Shown piece by piece: positions 10,437 to 22,900 of a stretch of 64,000 bases of DNA; position 1 is the stretch's first letter; each line of letters starts with the position of its first letter. The notes beneath the pieces are model-generated. The model did no database searches. It was given only the letters and a program-made list of their open reading frames with translations, and was not told where the DNA came from. Made by a program: the position numbers and the translations under genes. This DNA comes from Takakia lepidozioides (taxonomy: Eukaryota > Plantae > Bryophyta), in contig CM060731.1 in the NCBI GenBank assembly GCA_030704615.1, forward strand, positions 16,864,001 through 16,928,000, written 5' to 3'.

Positions 10437-11447
10437 ATGGCGGTGCATGAGCAATGACTCTGAACCCACCTCTTCATCGCAGACCCGTCTATTTGAGGCC
10501 GTCTGTCTTGTGAGGATACATCCACTGTCGACTCCCACCACAGTGGTGGAGTTCGATCTTCATGGGGGAGGATGTTTCATAAACAAGAGGTTCGATCCTG
10601 TCGTCAACGACATGCACTACAACTATGTGGACTCCAACGTATGTTTGCGAAAGCCAAATGGAACGCCTTGGAGAGGGGCCCGTGAAAAAAACCCGGCTTT
10701 AATCCAAACAATCATTCAGAATTGTTCTCGGCCAAGGGCCCGCATCATAGATCTCACTCTCGGCACAAGTTTCTCTTCTTGCCTTTGTCACCGATTTCTT
10801 TTCTTCTGCACCTTCTTTACTCAATATTCTAAAACTCTAATTCCATCATTCTGTTTCTTGCAGGCGCTTCTTACCATGCTTGCAAGGTAGGTGGCAGGCT
10901 CTTGTTTGGTATGGAAGGAGATGCAGATATTTTCACTGGCCTACTTGCCGAGTTGCAAGAGGGCTCGTCTACCTCCAATGTGAAGGATGTCATTGCGCAA
11001 ATTGATATCCTCGACGGAGACGACAAGGACCTGGACAATGACTTTTCATGTGAGTAAGTTCATTTTCTGTCTATTTGATCCCTATGTATATTCTCTATCG
11101 CGTCCCCTTCTGTTGTCTGATTATTACCCGAATGGTGCATTTTTGATTGCAGGAATGTGAACGCACTCCCGTGGCCCCTGTCTTCCATATACTTGAGGGA
11201 CTTGTGCTGGAGCCCTCCTCCTAATTATGTCCTTCCCGACTATGCGGAAGGCATTGCTCGTGTGCAAGCAGCTATGCTTTCTCCCCCACCCTTGTGTTGG
11301 AGTTCCAGGAAGACGCTCAGGCACCTCCGCACAAAGGTCTTCATAGATGATAGTGCAGCAGTTTCAGGTGGTAGCAGTACTTCTAGCAGTTCAGCAGATT
11401 CAGGTGGTAGCAGTAGCAGTGTTGACACCACCTACGGATGTACTTGA
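7152..11447 (+). pseudogene. Multi-exon gene for a ParB/Srx-like domain + beta-class N6A/N4C DNA methyltransferase-like fusion protein (5'-truncated, two in-frame TGA stops)
   Basis: Approximate exons: 7152-7766 (FHIWDGNHRFMAW, ParB DGxHR motif), 7874-8059, 8148-8588, 8700-8922, 9250-9868, 9984-10322 (EMVIVDIPDG, motif IV-like, then WSWVFSFCKFFLSDAGVLVII), 10483-10768 (REKNPALIQTIIQNCSRPRARIIDLTLGT), 10864-11053 (ASYHACKVGGRLLFGMEGD, motif I/II), 11153-11447. GT-AG joins keep the frame at most junctions checked; the 8059/8148 phase is unresolved. TGA at 8226 and 8904. Confidence 0.75.
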
Positions 11448-14420
11448 GGGCATTCATTTATGGAACATGAGGGGACACACTCTCTGTTTTCTGTTGCACC
11501 ACCATTTCTCTTCCCACCATCCGTTGTAATGAGCACGGACTACAATGAAATTCACATCCCTGATTTGAAACATTCTGTCCATTGCGTCCTGCAAATTTGA
11601 AAGTGTTTTCCTTCTAAACATTGCTCTCCAATTCAACCGTGTGCATTCAATGAAAGTTTTTCAACAGAGATGAATATCTCCATAGTCCAGTAGACAGTCA
11701 TTCGACATATGCCATCACACCAATATTTGGTTGGATGGATGGAGGATGAATGTTTTTGGATGGATGAAGCCCAATTGGATGTACATTGTGGATGAATGTT
11801 GCATGCATGGATGGTCCCATGGATGATGTCAGTGCGTAGTATCATGCACAGGGGCGGGATGGCGAGGTTCACTGTTGGGGTTGAGGTGGGTCCCTAAGGC
11901 TGACAAGGGTTGGGGTTTCTGTTTGGGGTTGCAGGGTTAATATGGATGAGACGTGTTTCTGCGGTAATGGGTTCTCTTCCACGGAAATAGACGCCACATC
12001 TTTCCCAAAATCATGCCACGTGTCATATGCTCACGCCAGGCTCCTGGGCTCACAGGCTCCTAGGCTCACACTCTAGCATCCCCCGTGGTGTCTACAATGG
12101 AGAAAAAAACCATGTGCCACCACTTGTGTGTTTTCAACTATGTGCTATAGTTGGCACCCTGAAGTCGAATGCACATCTATACGACACATATAGGTGTGAT
12201 ACTGCACATGAATGGGCACTGAAGGCACCTGCACCATGTTGTTCCCCACAAACCATTTGACAATCATAGGTGAATTGGGCCCTGTCCTTGGCTGTGCTGC
12301 CGAGGAGATCATGAAAACTCTTTTTTTGTCCCACCACGACTACAGCAACATGTTGGTTATCATGCATCTTTAACCAAGATTGCCATTGCTTGGCAATGTT
12401 GCTCTTCTTCAAACCCAACAAAGCAGGGGAAAACCCTTCTTGTTCATAAAACTATGTCAGTTGCCCAAGTGCGGGCAACAAAGCTACATCATAGAGCAAG
12501 TGAGAGAGGTCAAAAAATTGTCAGTGACGACAACATGATCAAAATGATGCATTTAACCATCTACCAATCGGAACACGACATTGTACCCCTCAACCTTGCC
12601 ACTCTTCTTCCGTGTCCCCTCAACCTCCCATTTCTTCCACAGTAGACGTCAAAGTTGTAGACATAGCTAGTATATGCATATGCAAGTACCCCATGTTTTA
12701 TTACCCCACTTCACAATTGGGATTTTTGAGTCTTAGTATATATATATTTTTTCTCATTTTCAAAAGTAGCGCGAGTGACTACTTGTGTAATCTATCTAGC
12801 GCCCCAAGTGGCGAAAAAAAAATGAGCTGGCACCTCTAGACTTGTTGCTATCTGATAAGTGACAGATTTTACAAAGGTCCACATTGACAATCATACAGAT
12901 TTTTGGGCACAACCTCTCATTCATCTAATTTCCTGTTTTGGCGAAAAATTGGAAAAACATGCCTTTTGCATTTTTCTTTAGTGAGGTAGGAGCCAAAAAA
13001 AAAAATGAGCTTCTTTGGCGAAAATTCATAACACACTGGTCTATGAAAAGGTTGGGCCAATTGTGTTTCCCAGTATGGTGGTTAGAAGGTCTCCACGTCT
13101 CCACCTCACAAATAGAAGGTAGTATTTTGGGGTGAAATGACACCATAAGTTAGTATGCTTGATTCGGCAAGAGCTTTCCTTGTTTCTTTGTTTTAATTTT
13201 AAACTACCTAGTAAATTACATCATAATGTCATTGTTCTGGCAAGTATTGGATCGATAACATTATACATAAATTGAATTAAGTCATAAACTATATTGATGA
13301 AATATAAATATAAATATATTGTGTAAGTTACGCTTGTGTGAGCATACATTTAACACATCCAGTAATGCTCAGATGTGCTCATGCAATACTAAAGAGAGAC
13401 AAGACTTTGGCCAAAGCTGGCGTAACTAGGAATAGTCACTTCACCTCACGACCAATGTCCCATCGTGTTGCAATATGGTGAAAGTTTTCGAAGCATAATT
13501 TGATGAGTGAACATAGTCGAGATATTGAAGTTGTTACACAATGCGTGTAAATTGTTGCTCTGTACCTGTGGTTATCATTGTAGGTGGACCGAGTACGCTA
13601 TCCACACTGCCTGAACAACTAAAATAAAGGGGCGTACTTCTCACGCTTTGAGATGGATGGTTGTTTTGGGTATGATATTAAATGAATTTTATAAAGTGTA
13701 TGGTGAAATTGTTGGTGGGTGTGGTTGGTGGTGGAGGAGCGGATATAGTTGTTACATAGTCCAAATATTAGCATAATGTCGGGGCATAGGCGGCGATGGG
13801 GATAACCATGCACTAACAGATTATAACTACAAAACAATCCTGTGTATAAAATAAGAAATTAAAAAAAAATGAATTTAATTACTCTCCACCTTCTTAGATG
13901 ACACATTTTCAACATGCAATAGTTTCTTAGAAAAATTCACTTTTTTAAATTTCTTTCAAAAGTAAAAAAAGCTATATATGTTATCACGTTTATTTATTTA
14001 TAGTGTTAAATACCATAGAAGGGTGAGTTCAAGAGCTAAATTACGTATTTAGTAATACCCGGATATATGTACCACTGGCCCATATCACCCAAACACTATT
14101 CTATATTTATCCCAGATAAAAAAAATACTCAATTCCTTTTACTTATACCACCATCTAAAATCTTTGTCTAACCAGATGATTAATGTAATACCAATACCTC
14201 TCATGTCTAATTTAGTCCGGAATTCAATACCAATACTAGTCTGGTATGTCCGAATTTTAATATTGGTACAACACTCGTTGCACTAGACATATAATGGGAG
14301 TTGAATGCGCGCATGCGAGCCTTGCGGTACAATCACTCGAGCTAGCCGGAGAGGCCCCAAATCCCCCTCTTAGTCCACTGCTTCCCTCATGCTTCATGTC
14401 TAGTCAAGCGCTCCCCTCCC

Positions 14421-14727
14421 TAGGTCCCATGCTCCACACCCTATGTTCCCAACCCCTTGCTCCTTTGTTGCCGTTGCATTGCTCAATTACTACTCCCTTA
14501 TTACGGCTCCCCCCATCCCCTTTTCTTGCTCCCGTATTCTTGGACCTCTGCTCCCTCCTTCTGGGGGAGCAATATTAGGGGAGTAAGTAACACAGGGAAG
14601 GGAGAGTAATAATAGAGGGGGAGCACAAACAAAGGAGGGAGTGGGAGAGCAGTAATAGGAAAGCACGAACACATGAGAGTGGTATATATGTGGGAACAGG
14701 GAGTGGAGATCCACTTCAAGGACTTAG
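14421..14727. repeat. Degenerate foldback / MITE-like segment
   Basis: Pyrimidine-rich CTCCC half switches to a purine-rich GGGAG half at ~14560. Loosely inverted ends CTCCACACCCTATGTTCCC / GGGAACAGGGAGTGGAG. Confidence 0.4.
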
Positions 14728-14879
14728 AATATGTTTTTGAGATACAATCTTTTTTATTAACTTCTTCAAACCATTGAATGCACTAATTGAACCACACCTC
14801 GGGCGAAGTTTGAATCCGCACCCCAGCAGTATCAAAAGTAAAGTATGATGCCTCCCCCAAGGCAGCGTAACTTAAATGC

Positions 14880-15382
14880 ACAAACCGAAACAGTAAATAC
14901 ACAAACCGAAAGTGAGGTTCATCGATATCTTTCATACAATATCCAACCATGCCGACAAAAGTATGGAGTCCCCTATCCCTCAACAACTTGCAATGGACGA
15001 CATGACCAGGTGGCGCCAAGTGTGGATCTAACCATCCCATTTTAAAAAAAAATCTATTTGTGAAGCATTTAAATGCTGGAAGTGTATACCTAACAAACCA
15101 TCTGGATGTGTAAGTGCCAGGGAGTGCCACCTTTTTCTAAAGCGCACAAACCCGCCACACCGCTATCATATATGAGCCGTTTCATTTTTCCCAAACACTC
15201 CTGATCAATATCTCCTCCTCCAACGTCGATTGTGACTCTGACTTGCAAAAATTTCGCTTTGGCTTCCTGCTTTGGTCTCCTATTTTTGGATTCACGCGTC
15301 TTTGCTTCGAAGCATTCTCTTCACATTTCCCCTCATCCTGAGCAGGTTCCCTTTTCCTTGCGATAGCTTTCAGATTCACCAT
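14880..15382 (-). mobile_element. Replitron HUH endonuclease/transposase pseudogene
   Basis: Joined across frameshifts: MVNLKAIARKR...QVRVTIDVGGGDIDQECLGKMKRLIYDSGVAGLCALEKGGTPWHLHIQMV...KMGW..PPGHVVHCKLLRDRGLHTFVGMVGYCMKDIDEPHF. This gives an HUH motif (HLH) and a YxxK catalytic tyrosine in Replitron-style context. Confidence 0.8.
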
Positions 15383-15943
15383 GATCCGTGCAAAAGAGAT
15401 GGCGGTGGCGGCTCCGCCAGGGGAGACTTCTCAAAGCGTACCGGTCTGCTGGTCCCACTAGGACCTTCCATGAATTGATCTCCCCATAAATGGGGTGTCT
15501 AGTTTTGTGCACCCTCTTCTTAGCCTTAATAAAGGATTTTGCTGTTGTCGGTGGGCCGTTTCTAATTCCTAGACCGTCCTCCAATTTTCTCGCCTGACAC
15601 AAACCTGGGGCCCTTATTAGGAATTGATAATGTGAGAGGCAGTGCATGCAGGGTGCGTGAAAGGCGGACGCAGCCATAAGGGCGGCATGTGACCCTATCC
15701 CTGCCCACGCTGCCGCCTCCCACCCTCGCTTCACACTTGCTAGCCTACTTACATACTACATACCTACCTACCCTCTGCCCTCCTTTGCTTGGTTTCTGTG
15801 TTCTTATTTAAATTCTCTTAAAAGGGAAACACCTGGGAGCGACAGGCTACCGCGCGGCTCACGAATCAAGGCCCCTTAACTATAGTGAGAGGAGAAAATA
15901 ACCTCTTTCACAGTAACCTCGCCATGAAGGCTTTCCGTATAGG

Positions 15944-16445
15944 GTGGGGCATTATCTGGAGGGGCTTCCAGTACTGAGCCTCCGCCCTCGTATTACGTTA
16001 AAAGCAGGTGTGGCGGATTCTGCCACTTTTTCGGCCTAGTTCTTAGGCCGAAATGGCAACCGAGGGCAGAATCGGCAGGGATGGCCGAATACGCAATGAG
16101 GACGGCAGACCTACCACCGAGGCCCATGTCATCGGCCATCAACCCACCCACGTCGCCTTGAGGCTCGCCCCCTTTATATCTTCACCGCGGGCTCTGAATC
16201 TGGGCAATCGATATGGGATAATCGAACCTGAATCATATTGCGCCACGTAGCGGTGAGAATCCGCCACACCTGCTTTTAACGCCAGTGAACGGGCCGCGTT
16301 GGCCGACTCTGCCCTGTGCGCGGCCATAGGGCTCGCGCGCAGGGCTCACCCAAAGGCCGCTTACAGGGTAAAATCGGCCAACGCGGCCCGTTCTCTAGTA
16401 CTTACATGGCCTCGGTACTGGAAGCCCCTCTAGATAATGCCTCAC
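15944..16445. mobile_element. Compound inverted-repeat element (outer TIR enclosing two inner inverted repeats)
   Basis: Outer IR 15944-15978/16411-16445 (32/35). Inner perfect 26-bp IR 15996-16021/16256-16281. Inner perfect 20-bp IR 16287-16306/16374-16393. Confidence 0.75.
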
Positions 16446-19400
16446 TGACCGATGAAATCAACGGCTAGATGAGCCTTAAACGTTTCTCCTTACACGATTT
16501 CCCTTACACCTTTTTCCCCGCGTTGCAGGGATCTTACGTGTAAGCTCCCGCCTAAGGGGGAGGACGCCCTAATACCCCCCATTCTGTTCTATAACCTGCC
16601 CCATAAACCTATAGGAAAAAATTTCATAGGGCTTTACGCATGGGACACCGCCCAAGGGTAGGGGGAGAAGAACATAGCAACACCCAACAATGTGACCCGG
16701 AGTCATCGCTACCGACTGTTGGTGGTTTTTTGGTTTTCTTAAAAATAAAAAAAATGGTTTTCTTAAATAAATATTTTGGAAATTTCACCTACTAAGCGAC
16801 ATCAGACTTTGCTAGCACATCACTGCCATGTGTATGACTTTATGTTTGACCTTCATATTTTCCGTGCTAGGGGCGACCCCAGTTCGATCAGCACCACAAA
16901 ATGTCTGGCTGGATCTAGAGTAAATAGTATACAGGGTCTGTCAATTATTTGCTGTCGGTGATGAGCGGGTATTTAGTCTTTATTTACCTCAGAGTAAGGG
17001 TAAACTGAATTTTAAGAAAAGATCCGGTGGGAGTGGGGGGTAAGTATTATTATTTTCAGGTAATGCTCATTTGTAGAACAGACGGGGGGTCAGTCTATAA
17101 CCTGTACTATCAAAATATAACCTGAGGATAAGGTTATTTAACGGGTCCGACTAATCTAGAAGTACTCGCAGGGTAAATACAGATTTAGGTAGGATAAATG
17201 GCAACATAATCAATATAAAGGTTTTAACCAAAGAAATTAAGATTGAATAGAATTGAGCATAATAAATCAATGCTTAAAAACCAAATATAGGTACATGTTA
17301 ACTACATGACTGGTACTGGTGTGAAGGGTCCCACCCCTTTTTGGCCCTGCCTTCCTAAAGGCAGGACTACGCAAAGGGTTTCAGCTGCTTTAGCACCCAT
17401 ACTTTCGATTAGACTTCCAATTCGATTGGGACAGTTGTCAAGAGTATATTCTGTTTTTTGATGAATGACATCCGTTCAACTGCCATAAATGAAAGTCTAT
17501 CGGATATTACCATGCACACCTGAGTGATTCAGGGCTCAAATCCTGTTACCTTGATATTTATTAATAGACTAATTATGTAATCTTCCAGATGTTTACTACC
17601 TATTCATAATTACTATACGGCAGGGCTTGCATGAATTCCATGCATTTATTTCATACCACGCTGGTATAGGTATCTATACAGGTATGAGCAACTTAGGGTA
17701 TGAATCTGGTATGAGTAGTTGTACTTTGGGCTGCATATGAGTATGGTACTGGTATTGTCCTTTCTCTGTATTGATACTGGGGGATATGAGCTCTGGTATG
17801 GTATTTCTACAGCTCACCATACATAGAAATAAATGTCATTTAGCACACAGCTAATTGTAATATAAGCCGTGAAACACTAGGCAAAGGTAACCCAAAGTAG
17901 CACGAAACAGAAAATGAAGTCTGAATTGCAATATGGAGCCTTGAATTAACAAAATTGGAGTACATCTAGCTGCACTAACATATACTCATACGGGTCTACC
18001 TCCATTCTCCATGAACTCACCACAATACTGGTATCGGGACCATTCTATGCCTCCGTATACCCAGACTGGTATGGTATGTGTGTGGGGGGAATCCTAGAGA
18101 CATACTCCCCCAGTACGTGTATCACATGGGTACACTGGTTCTTTCATACCCGACTGGTATGTTCTTCAATATATATATTCATACCTGTATTCCACACCTA
18201 GGTTCAACCAGGTATACCAGTCCAACACTGGTACATGTGCGAAGGGCAAGGTCTTGCAATGAAGGAGCCTAGAAAAATCGCAGTAGTAGCTCCATAATGT
18301 TATTTATCGCTTTTGCGATTGCCTGAGGTACATGAAGGCCCCTGGGCACAAAAATATATTGATGATCAGCTTGAAGCTTAGCTTATGATCTTCCATTTAC
18401 CCGCCAAGAAAAACAAATACCTGGCATAAGGGTTGAGCAAATGCCGGTGTTTTACCGTTCATCTGGATCCAGATCCGCCAAACATACAATATACCCTTGT
18501 TAAGGATCCGTGTCTGGTAAACAAAACCTGCGGGTCCGGGTATACATGGGAAACATCACTAGGATATACCCTGCGGTAATATCCGGGTAAAGCGTATATC
18601 CACTCAACACTGGTCCCATGCAATCTGGGGATGGACAAATGCCGCACACAATTCTCTCATTATCGCATCTCCAACTTGTCCTTTTTCTTGTAGGCAGTTA
18701 AGAAGATACATCATACGAGAGGAAATATCACACATAAGAGTCCGACCAAGGATGCTCTATATTGTGGTCACCAAGCCAACAATATTGAGCTTTGCAAAGC
18801 AATTACCTACGTAACCTCCATAACAACTGTCAACAACCAAGTTTGCTGGCTCACTGTCGTGCACCAGAATGCCAACTTCCTTGAGCAACTACTATCCTGG
18901 AAGAGTAAGTACCGTCTGCATTACAAACGTAGCCTTCGTCTTTGTACAGATCTTGTCGGCGACGAGGCACATCAAAAGCTGACAACAAAAAGGTGGTAGG
19001 AACTATTAGGGTTATACAAGTACGGCAGTGGACTCGCGAGGACTCAGGAGAAAGACTCACGACTAGTTGGTTTTCAAATCATAATTTAATGCTAACAATA
19101 ATACTTGAATAATCGAGGAAATGCGAGTTTCAGCTGGAGGATGAAATGAGGAGAAATGTTTTCATCCGCAGACTGTGTTGACTTTGGATCTGCAGTCTCT
19201 CTGGCTCTCTCTGTCGCTCTCTCTCTCGCGCGCTTCCTAACGCTTCCATCGCCATCGCGGCCTGTCCGCTAGGGAGGAATCAGGTTATCCGACCTCTTGC
19301 TCTTCCTCGCACATACACTAGACGCTGCTTAATAACACATTCGAGGTTGGAAGCTTTCACTCGAAATTCGCGGTTTCATGTTTTTGCTTTCCCTCAAGCA

Positions 19401-19900
19401 AGGGGTGACGCATCTGCGGGCGAGCTGTAGAAGAAGACTAATTTGGCCTCTGCCAGTGGTTTTTGACGGATTTTAGTTGCGTGAGAGGAGAGAAAGGACT
19501 GGCCGGAAGTGAAATAGAGTATTTTGTTTCTTCTGTGGTACTGAGGTGATGAAGATTGCAACTCGCTAGTAATTGAGGCTTTTACATGAATCTAGCACTT
19601 GGTGCATGATTCCTCGTCTTCATGGTGGAAAATGAAAAATTGGAGATGTGATCATCGACGCAACAGACTGAAGGGCCTTAACTCGTAGCTGGAATCTCGG
19701 TGGATGTTGCATTCATCGCACCTTCGCCCTTGCATATAGCCGCTTGCACGTTGTTGCAAGTATTTATGACAACTGATCACTGCAAGGGTCGATTTTTTCA
19801 CTCTCAATGTAGATCTGACCGAGCTTGAATGGGAAGAGTCAAATCTCTAGACTTGGATTTTCCATGTTGATTGGCTGAAGGTGGATGAAAAGGAGGCAGA

Positions 19901-22900
19901 ATGTCGAGGAGCCGTGTAAGTGGCATGGCCAGAGAAGCGCAGGAGCTCTGGTCTAGTATGGTGTCAGACAAGCCAGTGGTGCCTTACCTAGTTCCAATAT
20001 TCTTGTTGGCCTGGTTGCTTGAGCGCTGGATCATACCCTTCTCCAACTGGGTACCCGTGTGTGTCACTGTATGGGCTACGCTCCAGGTATTTATATTGTC
20101 TCTCGAGCTATTGCATTGGATTGAATCGTTCACGTGTTATTAGACGGTGATTGCCCTGGCCCTTTGGCCCTAAGACGGCCCCTTTGGACAGAGCAGCTAT
20201 AGGGATGAGAGGCTGAACCGAGAACAGCACAGGCCCACTACTGACCTAGATTCGTCTGTGTACTCGAGGACTTCCACCCTGGCATCAATTGGCTGTCAGT
20301 ATTCACCCGAAACTTCATTCCAAGGATGGCCATAGTTCTGGGATTTGTCTCGACCTTTAAACAAACAGTCTGGTTGATGCATTCAATTGAGGACCTGGCT
20401 GACAGGAGTACCTGTGACATCGCCATTTCACGCAACTATTCTTCGAGATTCAACCGTGGGAATTCTATGTTCCCTGTTATTTACTTACTGAATTGAGTTA
20501 GGCAGGCCACTTTTAGTTTCAACTTCAGCCTGGTGCCAAGCGCAGAGGGTCCTTTTGTACTCTCAAATCCTCTGAAGAAACTCACGGTGGAGATGTGCTA
20601 GACTTCAGCTTGTTCACTTCGACAAACATTTCCTCATTCTCCTCCACTGGCTTCTTGAGGTGAGGTTGCACTACTTGTACGGACCGTCCAAACACTGGCT
20701 GTGCCGGTTTTTTAACACAGGATATCAGAAGGTACATGGACTCTTCTCTGCGACTGTCGGCTCTGGAGGCCATTACCACACCAGATATCAACCCTCCAGG
20801 AGCCAGTCATAGGACCCCTTCTGAAATTGTCAATTTGCGAAGTTCAGAGCAAGTGACAATCATGTGAGGTGGAATTTACTGTCTGAGTTATATGCTGGTA
20901 TAGCCAAAAACGACAAATCAATTCCAGCAGGGTTGCTCTAGCAGACTGGTGCCCAGTGGGGCTGCTGCCAGTCTGAGAGATAGAGAGAATGTACTCATAA
21001 GACATTGTTTGCCATAGCCTTGTGACCATAGACCCCGCGCCCAGTTTGGGTGGAACAAGAGGGAACAGACACTACCTTTGTATGAGGGGCTCACTCCAGT
21101 AGTGGGACTTACCTTGGTATAAACAATTGGTTCGGGCTTTCCAGTAACCCTCTAGAAAGTCCTTCACATAAGCATCAATCTGCTGTGTGTGAACTGCCCA
21201 GCAATTAGACCCCAACAGGGCCAGGTCTTTAGTCTCAACCTCAAGATTTTCAAAGCTCTCAGATGAGAATACCCTGGACATTGTATCAGAAAATGGATAC
21301 CGTCTTAGGCCACCCGCACATCGGGCATTGGCAATTTCCCTTTCCTCTCGGCATCTCTTTATTGTTCAAAGGTAGACTCCCCGCCCTGAGTTTAAGTTTC
21401 CATCTAGTGCGAACAGTAGGTAGGCCCTTCAGATAATCCTTAATCCTCCTCACCCATATCACAAACTGGAAACAAGTTTAGGGAAGTTTTATGCCTAACC
21501 TTGTTTTGTTCAGACATTCTTTGTGCATCATGTTCAGGTGCTTATATACCTCCTCTACCTTCTTCCGCCAGGACTTAGCCTGTTTAACAGGACAGTCTTG
21601 CTTCATGTCGAGAGTTAAAGGGTGGTATGGCAAACTTGCCGGTGAACAGCCACGGTAGCTGTTCTAGAGCACGCTGACAGGTTCTCTTTGAGCACTGAAA
21701 GCTGAATGGATTCTAAAGTTTTAGCATGGTTGGCGTTACCAATCCACATGGCAGATGCGTACTCCAAGGTAGGCTTAATATGATGTAAGGCATGGTCCTT
21801 GTTACTTCAGTATGCATCCCAAGGGAAATTTGAGTGAGACCCAAAGCTTTGGGTTTACAGTTTGAACCACTTTATATATATGTGCATCCCAGCTACAACT
21901 GGAGGAAAGCTCAACATCAAGATATGTGTAGGAAGAGAGCACATGGATCTCTTCACTGCCCCATGTCCATTTGAGATCCCTTCCTCCTCCCCACAATCAT
22001 TGAAGGCCACCACAGCGCATTTGCTAACATTGGCATCTAGCCTCTACAGGTCAAAGTACCTCCTTGCACAATGAAACAACTCCTGAAGATTGGATGGGGT
22101 ATCCCCTAGGCCCACGAAGTCATCCGGAAACATAAGAGCTGGTACGCATCACCCAGCTTTAAATCCCTCACACATCGTCAAGGAGCTGATTCATGAAAAC
22201 ATTGGAGAGCAGTGGGGAGAGGGTACGACCTTGAGCCACACCTTGGTCAACAAAGAAATTAGACTTCTGGCCATTGACCGTAACACAACTTTTGGTGTTT
22301 GCGTACAGGTGGTGAACCATCCCCCACATCTTTCCCCTGACCCCAGAAGTCCACAGAGGAAGCCACAGCCCGTTGCGCCATACTATGTCGTAAGCCTTTT
22401 TTAAATCCATGAAGAAGACATAGATGGGTTTCCTCCTTGTTTCCTTCGACGCAGCCCCTATTTCTCCAGAAGCCTGCATGACCTTCATGGAAAACACTTC
22501 TAGACTCCAGATCAAGGTCGAGACAGGTGCTTATTATCCTACAAAACAGCCTGCAAACTGTACTAAGAAGTGTAATGCCATTGCAGTACCCAGGCTCTTC
22601 TCTGTGGCCTTTATACGGATTGACAATGACACCCTCTCTCCAGCAAAAAGGTATCTTTCAGTCCTCCAAATAAGGGTAAAGAGGAGGGCAAGGGCCTCTA
22701 CCTTAGCATTTTCACCATGCTTAATTAGCTCGTTGACGATATCATCACACCTGCCACGGCTTTGCAGACCTTTAGATGTTGTATTGCTTCAGCAATCTCA
22801 GAAGAACTAATGGGTGCGTTCTCTCCCTGTTGATCATATACTCCAGATCATCAGGGTGGTCTTGGAATGTAGGAACAGTTCTTTCTACTGTATCCTTCCA

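Larger units (their letters stand above)
6900..12084 (+). mobile_element. Right part of the large Mutator-like element containing the ParB-MTase gene
   Basis: Right end 12027-12084 has three GCTCAC subterminal repeats and ends AGCATCCCCC (compare AGCAATCCCC at 6190). It is followed by GTGGTGTCTA (TSD). GGATG-rich tract at 11730-11825. The left boundary is approximate. Confidence 0.65.

Noticed and set aside
17600-18640. CTGGTAT / CGGGTAT-rich patches (also ~2185-2250) suggestive of hAT MITE subterminal repeats
   Set aside because: Could not identify paired TIRs or 8-bp TSDs.
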